From assembly GCA_038213805.1 (NCBI GenBank), contig JBBQSO010000103.1:1-17757 (forward strand): DNA of 17,757 nt, written 5' to 3'. A model generated the notes under the pieces. It was given only the letters and a program-made list of their open reading frames with translations, was not told the DNA's origin and searched no databases. Both the position numbers and the translations under genes were made by a program. The stretch is from Planctomycetota bacterium. GTDB lineage: Bacteria > Planctomycetota > UBA11346. This document shows positions 7,447 through 15,130 of this stretch, in pieces. Positions within the stretch are counted from its first letter, which is position 1. Each line of letters begins with the position of its first letter.

Positions 7447-8984
7447 TCCGCCTACACCCGTCCCGCCTCGCCACTGCCACCATGCTCGCGTTGACCGCAG
7501 CCTGCGGCATGGGCGCCGCCGAGGCGCACACGCCGCTCGCTGAACCGGCGGCGCCGGCTGACGCGCTGGGCAGCGGCGTGGCGCAGTTGCTGAGCGCCAC
7601 GCCACTCGGCGGTGCGGGTGACGACGAGGTGGTCGCGGTCGGCATCGCGCCCGACTGGTCGATACTGGTCGCGGGCAACTGCGTCGACCTGCCGCTGGCC
7701 GGCGTGCCGGACACGCTCATCGGCCCGGCCGGCACGCGCGTCGATCCCCCGCCGGCGGATCCCAAGACCAAGGGTCGCCCGCAACCGAGCAGCCATGGCT
7801 ACATTTTGCGCCTGACGAGCGATGGCCGCAAGGCGCTCGCGCTGACCCGTTTCGGCTATGGCGCTGCGACCATCCAGCAGATGCGCAGCGATGACCAGGG
7901 CGAGGTCTACATCGCCGGTACCAACCTTATCGGCGCGGCGCTCTCACCCGGAGCGACGCCCGGGCGCTTCGTCGCGAAGCTCGCGCCAGACCTGCGCTCC
8001 TGCGCATGGGTGCTGCCCATCGAGGGCCTCAGCGATTTCGCCATCGATGGGAATGGCGACGTAGTCGCGCTCGCCAACAAGTCGCTGACGCGCTACGCCG
8101 CTGGCAGCGGCAAGCCCCTGTGGACCGCGACCTGGGCGACGCATGGTGACAACCGGCCCGGCGCAATGACCCTGGCGAGCGGCAGCGGCATCACGGCGGT
8201 GGTCGGCTATGGTATGACCAAGACCGGGCACGAGCCCTACAAGGACCCGTACGCCTACGCCTTCGACCGCGCCGGCAAGCAGGTGTGGGCGGCGTGGAAT
8301 CCGGACCCGACCAAGGAGTGCGACGCCAAGTTCGGCGGCAACGGCCTGATGGCCGACACCACCGGCCACGCCGCCGCGGCGACCAGCGACGGCAAGATCA
8401 TGCTCATGCTCTACGCCGACGGCGGCAACACCGTGTGCATGCGCGATCCCGCCGATCCCGGGCAGCCGCTCGATCCGGCGGTGCTCGCCGGCGTCCACCA
8501 AGCGGGCGCCGGCTACGGCTTCAAGGGGGCGAGCAAGACCAGCGTGATCGTACGCTTCGACGCGGTCAGCGGGCGGATCGAGAAGAGCACCTGGATGAGC
8601 GCCTGGCTGAATCCTCAGCACGCCAACGGACTGTCCATCGACGGCGCCAGCGGCGATGCGCGTTGCACCGCGGTGGTCGGCAACAGTGCCAATGGCTGCC
8701 CGCTCAAGGACCCATGGTACCCGTTCATCGAGGGCACTTACCGCGGCGGCGGCTTCCTCGCGCTCTTCGACCGCGGCTTTGCGCTGCAGCAGTGCGGCTA
8801 CTTCGCGCATGCGCACCTCGCGGCGATCGCCATGCGCGGCGACTGCGTCGTGGTCGGCGGGTCGGTGCGACCGGAGGCCGGTCCGGATGGCGAAAAGGAT
8901 CCGATCAAGCTCCATCATGCGGTGCAGTCGACGCTCGGCGGCGATCAGGACGGCTATGTGGTGGTGCTGCGCCGTGAACACTGA
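7443..8984 (+). CDS. Secreted beta-propeller-like protein (SBBP-like ends), paralog of the sigma factor's C-terminal domain
   Basis: ATG 7443 overlaps the sigma stop (ATGA). Signal-peptide-like start MIRLHPSRLATATMLALTAACGMGAAEA. TPLGGAGDDEVVAVGIAPD and AVQSTLGGDQDGYVVVL resemble SBBP propeller blades. Confidence 0.8.
   Translation: MIRLHPSRLATATMLALTAACGMGAAEAHTPLAEPAAPADALGSGVAQLLSATPLGGAGDDEVVAVGIAPDWSILVAGNCVDLPLAGVPDTLIGPAGTRVDPPPADPKTKGRPQPSSHGYILRLTSDGRKALALTRFGYGAATIQQMRSDDQGEVYIAGTNLIGAALSPGATPGRFVAKLAPDLRSCAWVLPIEGLSDFAIDGNGDVVALANKSLTRYAAGSGKPLWTATWATHGDNRPGAMTLASGSGITAVVGYGMTKTGHEPYKDPYAYAFDRAGKQVWAAWNPDPTKECDAKFGGNGLMADTTGHAAAATSDGKIMLMLYADGGNTVCMRDPADPGQPLDPAVLAGVHQAGAGYGFKGASKTSVIVRFDAVSGRIEKSTWMSAWLNPQHANGLSIDGASGDARCTAVVGNSANGCPLKDPWYPFIEGTYRGGGFLALFDRGFALQQCGYFAHAHLAAIAMRGDCVVVGGSVRPEAGPDGEKDPIKLHHAVQSTLGGDQDGYVVVLRREH
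7605..7679 (+). repeat. Diverged direct repeat, copy 2 (copy 1 at 6115-6189)
   Basis: Same alignment as copy 1. A second anchor lies at 7336-7380 vs 8913-8957 (HHAVQAAPGGGQDGY vs HHAVQSTLGGDQDGY). Confidence 0.9.
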
Positions 8985-9058
8985 CCGGCGTCGCCGGGAG
9001 TGATGTGCGGCCAGGATCGCCGCGGTGGCGTGCCGGATCCGCCAGGAGATAAAGCGGC

Positions 9059-10159
9059 ATGCTTCCACTTCGTACGACCACGCAGCTCCTCGCCTGCGCC
9101 CTGCTGCTCATGTCGCCGGCGGCGCCCGGCGCGGCGCAGGCCACCGAAGCAGCCGCGACGCGCGATCCCTGGCTGTGGCCCTTCGCCGCCACGTCGATCT
9201 GGAACCAGCCGCTGGGCAACAGCGCGGTCTACCGGCCGGCGCACCTCAGCGCCGCCGCGCATGTCGGCGTCGACATCCAGCACCTGCTGCGCCTGAATCC
9301 GCAGGACCCCGACCGCCACGTGCTGGGCAGCACGACCTTCGGTCAGGGGCGCGCGGCGGGCACCGTCGACCTCGGCTTCACGCTCAATGTGCCCGATGCC
9401 TGGGTGGTGCCCGACGCCGGTCCAGGCAATCCGTACGGGTTGACACCGAACAGCAATTTTGCGCTGCTGATGCCGGATGGTGAGCAGGTCATGCAGGGCT
9501 GCCAGATCACCCGCGCCGCCGCCAGCGGGCCGGTGCACGTGCCCGAGTGGCTGCGTTGGTCGGCCAACCGGCCGCTGGTTTCGATCCGCGGCGACGGACT
9601 GGAGGGTGGCGGTCAGGGCGCCTCGCACATGTCGTCGCTGGGCGGCACCATCCGCCTGCACGAACTGGTCGGCGATGCGCCCATCCGCCACGCGCTCAAA
9701 ATCAATCCCTTCGCCGCCCGCTGGTGCCATTATTCCGCCGCCGTGCCCGGCTGGCGCTGGCCGGCGCGGGGCGCGGACAGCTATGCGGCGACCGGCTACC
9801 ACGGCCAGGATCCTGCACTGGTGATGGGCAGCCTGCTCGCGATCCCGCCGCAAGATTCGGCCGCCAAGCTTGGGCTCGTCACCGCCCCCGGCCGCAAGCT
9901 GTTCGCAGCGCTGCAGGACTATGGCATGTATGTCGTCGAGGACGCGGCCTGGGACACCTGGGACCTCATCGTCGAGCGCGGTGCGGAGCAGGAATTCGCG
10001 ACCGCCTACGGTTTTTCCATGGACAGCCCGGCGTGGCGCGACGAGGTCAATCGCCTGATGGTCGCCTTGGCCATCGTCGACAACAATGGCCCAGGGCACA
10101 TCGGCGGCGGCGGGACGCCGCGCCGGCCGCTGGCGCCGCCCTTCGCCGTGCTGCGCTGA
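9059..10159 (+). CDS. Uncharacterised secreted protein
   Basis: AGGAG SD, signal peptide (LLACALLLMSPAAPGAAQA), GC3-rich codons and globular motifs WPFAATSIWNQPLG, SSLGGTIRLHEL, IRHALK and LQDYGMYVVED. Confidence 0.82.
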   Translation: MLPLRTTTQLLACALLLMSPAAPGAAQATEAAATRDPWLWPFAATSIWNQPLGNSAVYRPAHLSAAAHVGVDIQHLLRLNPQDPDRHVLGSTTFGQGRAAGTVDLGFTLNVPDAWVVPDAGPGNPYGLTPNSNFALLMPDGEQVMQGCQITRAAASGPVHVPEWLRWSANRPLVSIRGDGLEGGGQGASHMSSLGGTIRLHELVGDAPIRHALKINPFAARWCHYSAAVPGWRWPARGADSYAATGYHGQDPALVMGSLLAIPPQDSAAKLGLVTAPGRKLFAALQDYGMYVVEDAAWDTWDLIVERGAEQEFATAYGFSMDSPAWRDEVNRLMVALAIVDNNGPGHIGGGGTPRRPLAPPFAVLR

Positions 10160-10350
10160 ACCGGAGCAGTGCGGGGTGCCGTACCCTGGGTTGGTGCGGG
10201 TGCGCTCGACATCGGGTTTGCACCCCGCCGTCGCGCCGACACGCTGATTGGGATGAACATCGTCACTGCTCTGCTCGCTGATATTCCGTCGCCTCAGGAC
10301 AGCGGCGGGTGGGCCGCACGGTCAGTGGCCCGTGCCCAGGGCGTGCGCCT

Positions 10351-11985
10351 ATGAACCCCGTCCTGATCGGCATCGGCTTCATCCTGCTGATCGTGGCGGC
10401 GATGCGTCTGGCAGCCTACCGCCTCGTGCGCGGCGCCTCGCTGCGCGAGCCGCACACCGTGCTGGCAGGTGCCGAGGAAATTCCCGCCGCCCTGCGCCAG
10501 GAACTCGACGACGGGCTGGTCACGCTCCTGCCGCTCGGCTTCCAGGCGCGTGGGTACATCCGTTCGCTGTGCATGGTCGCCGACGACCCTCGGCCGGTGT
10601 GGTCTGCGCTTGCGGAGCAGGTGCAGCATGGGACATGGGTCGCGGTCTTCGCCAACTTCAGTCCAGAGGCCGAGGTGCCGCTGCGCGCGACATTTCTCAC
10701 GCCCTTGGTGGATGGCCGGGCGCTGCTCTCGGCCGAAAGCTCGTTCCTTTCGCTCCCGGTCCCCTACGCGGATGCCGTTTTGCTCGATCACGGCGAGCTC
10801 GACATCGTCGCGAGCGGGCGGCGGCACCTCGCCGAACTGAGCCGGCACCAGCTCGCGAGCCCCTTCCCCGACGCGGCGGCCTGCATCGCCCGCCTCGCAG
10901 CGCTCGACGCCGCCTACCTGCCGATGCTGCGTGCGCGCAAGCTGGTCGCCACCGATGCGGCGGGCCGGACGCGTTTCACGCCCGCCGCGGCGTGGGCCTA
11001 TCTGGGACGCATCCGCAGCGGTCAGGCCGTCCAGGTGCGCGCGCTGGCCGCCTTGCGCAAGCAACGTGGTGGTGCGCGCAGCGTGGTGCCCGCGGCCATC
11101 GAGGCCGACGCCGTGCTGCGCCAGGAGGAGATGAGCGAACGCCGCGTGCCCGCCGGATCGTGGGTGTGGATGTTCCTGCTCACCATGCTGGCCTTCATCG
11201 CGACGGCGCCGCTGGCCATCGGCAGCAACATCCCGGTGCCCCTGATCCTCGCCATCCTGCTGTTCCATGAATTCGGCCACTTCCTGGCCATGCGCGCCTG
11301 CGGCTACCGCGATACGCGCATCTTCTTCCTGCCGTTGTTCGGCGCCGCCGCCAGCGGCCGCAAGAAGGACGCCACCATTCCGCAGCAGGTGTTGGTCAGC
11401 CTGATGGGACCGCTGCCGGGCATCGTTCTCGGACTGGCGCTGCTCGCCGCGGTCCACACCGACCGTGGCAGCCCGCTGTTCCAGGCCGGCCTGATGCTGG
11501 TCGCCATCAACCTCTTCAATTTGCTGCCGGTGCTGCCCCTCGACGGCGGCCAGATCCTCTGCCGCGTGCTGTTCGCGCGCCGCCCGTGGCTGGACCTGGT
11601 GTTCCGCGCGCTCGCCGCGGTGGCGATGGTCGCGCTCGGGCTGGCCACCTCGCCGATCCTCATCTACCTCGGCATCTTCCTCGCCATCGGTCTGGTCCAC
11701 CACCGCCAGATCGCGCGCCTGCGCAGCCGCATCATGCGCGACCCGGCCATCGCCGGTCTGGTCGGCGAGCCGCTGACCGAGGCGGTCAGCGCCGCGGTGG
11801 CGCAGGACCCCGTCACCGGGCGAGCGCTCTTCCCCCAACGTCTGCGCATGGTCCGTGACATCACCGCCGCGCTCGCCCAGCCGCGCATCACCACCGGGAC
11901 GCGCGTGGCGCTGCTCGGCGCCTACGTGGGCGCATTCCTGCTGGCGCCGGCGGCGCTGCTGATCTGGCGGTTGGCCCACCACTGA
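10351..11985 (+). CDS. Site-2 protease family (peptidase M50) intramembrane zinc metalloprotease with N-terminal extension
   Basis: ILLFHEFGHFLAM (HExxH), FFLPLFGAA, VSLMGP and NLFNLLPVLPLDGG (third zinc ligand Asp). An N-terminal TM helix and a soluble region of about 240 aa precede the protease core. ATG 10351 is preferred over GTG 10309. Confidence 0.92.
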   Translation: MNPVLIGIGFILLIVAAMRLAAYRLVRGASLREPHTVLAGAEEIPAALRQELDDGLVTLLPLGFQARGYIRSLCMVADDPRPVWSALAEQVQHGTWVAVFANFSPEAEVPLRATFLTPLVDGRALLSAESSFLSLPVPYADAVLLDHGELDIVASGRRHLAELSRHQLASPFPDAAACIARLAALDAAYLPMLRARKLVATDAAGRTRFTPAAAWAYLGRIRSGQAVQVRALAALRKQRGGARSVVPAAIEADAVLRQEEMSERRVPAGSWVWMFLLTMLAFIATAPLAIGSNIPVPLILAILLFHEFGHFLAMRACGYRDTRIFFLPLFGAAASGRKKDATIPQQVLVSLMGPLPGIVLGLALLAAVHTDRGSPLFQAGLMLVAINLFNLLPVLPLDGGQILCRVLFARRPWLDLVFRALAAVAMVALGLATSPILIYLGIFLAIGLVHHRQIARLRSRIMRDPAIAGLVGEPLTEAVSAAVAQDPVTGRALFPQRLRMVRDITAALAQPRITTGTRVALLGAYVGAFLLAPAALLIWRLAHH

Positions 11986-12188
11986 GCGGAATCTGCGTAG
12001 GTCGCCCTGCCGCTTATCACGCTGGTGCCAAGGTCGCCATCCGGCGCGAGTGTTGCGCATGCGGCATGCTCGGTGAGTGGGTCACGCGTGTTTACCCCCA
12101 ACCGCGCCCGGCATCCCCGGTATGGACTTCCTCCAGGTTCCGGCCCACCCGCCTGCTCGCACCATCCATCCTGTCCGGGATCCGCCCC

Positions 12189-13001
12189 ATGCGCACTGCC
12201 CTGCTCGCCGTCCTGCTCGCCGCCTGGCTCCCCCTCGCGGCCGCCGAGCGTCCGCTCACCATCATGCCTTTGGGCGATTCCATCACCGCCGCCGCCGATC
12301 CCGGCTACCGCGGTTTCCTCTACCGCATGCTGGTCGACGCGGGCCACACGGTGCATTTCGTCGGCACGCAGTCCGCCAAGCCGTCCCTGCCGGAGGGGGT
12401 CGCTCTCGACCCGGATCACGAGGGCCACGGCGGCTTCAGCATCGGTCCCGGACCGAGCGCAGCCGATGGTTGGACGAACGGCAAAGGCAACCTCTTTGCC
12501 AACCTCGACGACTGGCTCGGCCCGGCGCAGGCGAAGACCAGGGACGTCGACATCATCCTGCTGCACGTCGGCGTGAACGACTTCGCGAACATCAAGGAGC
12601 GCGATCCCGGCTACGACCTCGTGCGCGATCTGCCCACGCGCTATGCGGGTCTGCTCGACAAGATCCTCAGCCTGCATCCGAAAGTGGCGATCATCATGAG
12701 CTCGATCATCCCCGGCGGCAACCCGGACATCAACGCAGTGTTCCCGGTCGGCCCGTTCGACCAGATCAATCCGCGACTCAAGTACATCGCCGCACGCCGC
12801 TCCAGCCACGTCTTCTTCCGCGACGGCGCGGCGCTCGAGGGCACCGGGCTGAAATGGGAGTCCAGCGACTGGAACAAGGGCGATGTGGTGCACCCGAATG
12901 CCCAGGGGCAGAAGAAATTCGCGACCTTCTGGTTCACGGCGATCACCGCCGTGATCGACCAGGGCAAGCTGCCCAAGAAACCCTACGTGAAGCAGCCCTG
13001 A
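12189..13001 (+). CDS. Secreted SGNH/GDSL hydrolase (CE3/acetylxylan esterase-like)
   Basis: Signal peptide MRTALLAVLLAAWLPLAAA; block I IMPLGDSIT, block II HEGHGG, block III LHVGVND and block V DVVHPN. Confidence 0.9.
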   Translation: MRTALLAVLLAAWLPLAAAERPLTIMPLGDSITAAADPGYRGFLYRMLVDAGHTVHFVGTQSAKPSLPEGVALDPDHEGHGGFSIGPGPSAADGWTNGKGNLFANLDDWLGPAQAKTRDVDIILLHVGVNDFANIKERDPGYDLVRDLPTRYAGLLDKILSLHPKVAIIMSSIIPGGNPDINAVFPVGPFDQINPRLKYIAARRSSHVFFRDGAALEGTGLKWESSDWNKGDVVHPNAQGQKKFATFWFTAITAVIDQGKLPKKPYVKQP

Positions 13002-13024
13002 GCTGAGCCCGCAGGCTGAAGGAC

Positions 13025-13546
13025 CTACTTGCCGACCGGCGCCCCGTACGCCGCGACCAGCACGTCCGCGCCCTTGCCCGAGATCACGACGTCATCCTCG
13101 GACTTCGCGCCGCTGAAGGCCGCGATCACGTAGCCGCCGGCGACCGGCCGGATCACGCCGCCTTTGTAGCCGTTTTCACCCTTCAGCTTCGGCCGCACGC
13201 CGCTGCCGCTGTTCTTCAGGGTGTCCGCCATCTCGGAGGCCTTGGTGTAGGCGATGGCCAGGAGGTTGGCATCGTTGGCGGGGTCCTTGTCGTTGGAGTG
13301 GAAGGTGCCGACCACGCGCATGCGCGACTCCCAGCCGGTCGTCGCCTCGCCGGGCACCCAGGCGACCAGCGCGGCACCGTGCGCCGTGATGGACTCGGCC
13401 TGCACCTGCATCGCCTGGATCGCAGTGATGGAGACGTGCGCGAAGTCCACGGCCCCGTTGGGTCCGGTGGCGCAGCGCTCCGAGCAGCAGCCGGCGGCGA
13501 GCAGGCACAAAGCGATGAGGGAGAGGGTGGTGGGCGTCGTGGGCAT
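13025..13546 (-). CDS. Putative lipoprotein, GlcG/HbpS (heme-binding-like) fold
   Basis: GAGG SD; lipobox LAAG-C20; AIAYTKASEMA...GGVIRPVAGGYVIAAFSGAKSEDDVVIS follows the GlcG-like IAxxKA...GG...SG...ED pattern. Confidence 0.7.
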   Translation of the reverse strand: MPTTPTTLSLIALCLLAAGCCSERCATGPNGAVDFAHVSITAIQAMQVQAESITAHGAALVAWVPGEATTGWESRMRVVGTFHSNDKDPANDANLLAIAYTKASEMADTLKNSGSGVRPKLKGENGYKGGVIRPVAGGYVIAAFSGAKSEDDVVISGKGADVLVAAYGAPVGK

Positions 13547-13739
13547 GGTCGACCTCGTGCGGGACTCTAGTGGCGCTGGCAGATCGGCAATCCGGGAACC
13601 GGAGCCGGCGAGCTGGACGTGCGCGCGGTGGTTCCCTCACCCTGCGCCGCGCTCCAGACGGGTCGGCACGGGAGGTGTGCGTGTCGACCCGGCGCCTGGA
13701 CTGTGGCAGCGGCGCCCAGCGCAACTTCCACCCCTCGGA

Positions 13740-13766
13740 TTGACCCCGCCGCGCCCGCGGTAGCCT
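13740..13766 (+). promoter_or_regulatory. Possible sigma70-type promoter for the redoxin gene
   Basis: TTGACC (13740-13745) and TAGCCT (13761-13766). The 15-nt spacer is shorter than optimal. Confidence 0.3.
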
Positions 13767-13812
13767 GCGAACGGCGCTCCCGCCCATCCGTACCACCACC
13801 ACGGGAACACCC

Positions 13813-14988
13813 ATGCGCACCACCATCCTGCCCACCGCCCTCCTTACCCTGGCCTGCCTGATCGGCCTGGCCGCCTACGCAGAGGACGGTATCCACGACC
13901 TGAAGATCGGCGACGCCGCGCCGGACTTCTCGCTGCCGGGCATCGATGGCAAGACCCACGTGCTGGCCGAATACCAGGCGGCCAAGGTGCTGATGGTCGC
14001 CTTCCTCTCCAATCACTGCCCCGACTCCCACGCCGCCGAGAAGCGCATCATCGCCCTGGTCGACGCTGCCAAGAATCAGGGCTTCGCACTGGTCGCGATC
14101 AACCCCAACAACCCCGACGGCCTCAGCCTCGACGAGCTCGGCTACTCGAAGTACAACGACGGTTTCGAGGACATGAAGAAGTACGCGGTCGAGGCCGGAT
14201 TCACCTTCCCCTACCTCTACGACGGCGAAACGCAGGCGGTGGCCAAGGCCTATGGCTGCCTGGCCACGCCACACGTGTTCGTCTTCGACGCGCAGCGCAA
14301 GCTGCGCTACAAGGGCCAGTTCGATGACTCGCGCTTCCTCGACCCCGCGACGGTGAAGTCCAACGACGCGCGCAAAGCGGTCGAGGCGCTGCTCGCCGGC
14401 ACACCGGTTCCGGTCGAGACCACGCGCCCGCACGGCTGCTCGACCAAGTGGCTGGGCAAGAAGGAGGTGATCGCCAAGCTCACCGAAAAGTGGCAGCACA
14501 CCCCGGTCGACATCGAGCCGATCACCGCAGCCCAGGTCAAGGCGCTGGTCAAGAACGGCACCAGCAAGCTGCGTCTGTTCAACGTCTGGTCGACCAGCTG
14601 CATCCCGTGCGTCGCCGAGTTCCCGGAACTGGTCACCACCGCGCGCAAGTTCGGCATGCGCGACTTCGAGTTCATCTCGATCAGCCTCGATGACCCTACG
14701 GATACCGCCAAGGCCAAGGCCTTCCTTGAGAAGCAGGGTGCTGGTCCGCTCGACAGCGCGCAGCGCGCCTTCAAGGCCGAGGGCCGCACCACCAACAGCT
14801 ACCTCTTTGCCGGCGCCGACGCCAATGAGCTGGTCGCCGCGCTCGACCCCGCCTGGCCCGGCGCCATGCCGCACACCGTCCTGGTCGGTCAGGACGGCAC
14901 CATCCTGTGGCGGCACACCGGCGCGATCGACGGCGACGAGCTGCGCGCGAAGATCCTCGAGATCCTGGGTGACGTCTACAAGCCGTGA
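13813..14988 (+). CDS. Exported tandem thioredoxin-fold redoxin (AhpC/TSA-like domain plus TlpA-like domain)
   Basis: Signal peptide; LKIGDAAPDFSLPGIDGK, FLSNHCPDS, FPYLYDGETQ, ATPHVFVFD and GCSTKW; second domain NVWSTSCIPCVAEFP...AMPHT. Confidence 0.92.
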   Translation: MRTTILPTALLTLACLIGLAAYAEDGIHDLKIGDAAPDFSLPGIDGKTHVLAEYQAAKVLMVAFLSNHCPDSHAAEKRIIALVDAAKNQGFALVAINPNNPDGLSLDELGYSKYNDGFEDMKKYAVEAGFTFPYLYDGETQAVAKAYGCLATPHVFVFDAQRKLRYKGQFDDSRFLDPATVKSNDARKAVEALLAGTPVPVETTRPHGCSTKWLGKKEVIAKLTEKWQHTPVDIEPITAAQVKALVKNGTSKLRLFNVWSTSCIPCVAEFPELVTTARKFGMRDFEFISISLDDPTDTAKAKAFLEKQGAGPLDSAQRAFKAEGRTTNSYLFAGADANELVAALDPAWPGAMPHTVLVGQDGTILWRHTGAIDGDELRAKILEILGDVYKP

Positions 14989-15022
14989 TTCCGGCGCGCG
15001 CCCCGTTCGCAGTCCTGAATGC

Positions 15023-15044
15023 CGCGGGCGGCGCTCCGCCCGCG
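15023..15044. other. GC-rich hairpin downstream of the redoxin gene
   Basis: CGCGGGCGG-cgct-CCGCCCGCG is a perfect 9-bp stem. It has no U-tract, so it is not a canonical intrinsic terminator. Confidence 0.45.
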
Positions 15045-15071
15045 CGAGGATCGATGGTGTACGACACCGCC

Positions 15072-15099
15072 TTGCCAGATGACACGCCGGGAGTAAGGT
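15072..15099 (+). promoter_or_regulatory. Possible sigma70-type promoter for the TPR-like gene
   Basis: TTGCCA-N16-TAAGGT about 30 nt upstream of ATG 15131. Confidence 0.4.
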
Positions 15100-15130
15100 C
15101 TGCCCCACTCCGGACCAGGAATAGGGCATT

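Noticed and set aside
10294..12060. 588-aa minus-strand ORF, and similar long antisense ORFs (356-1327, 1087-2268, 7944-9068, 8954-10099, 11922-12893, 13567-15267)
   Set aside because: Shadow frames of well-supported genes, expected in high-GC DNA; no recognisable motifs.
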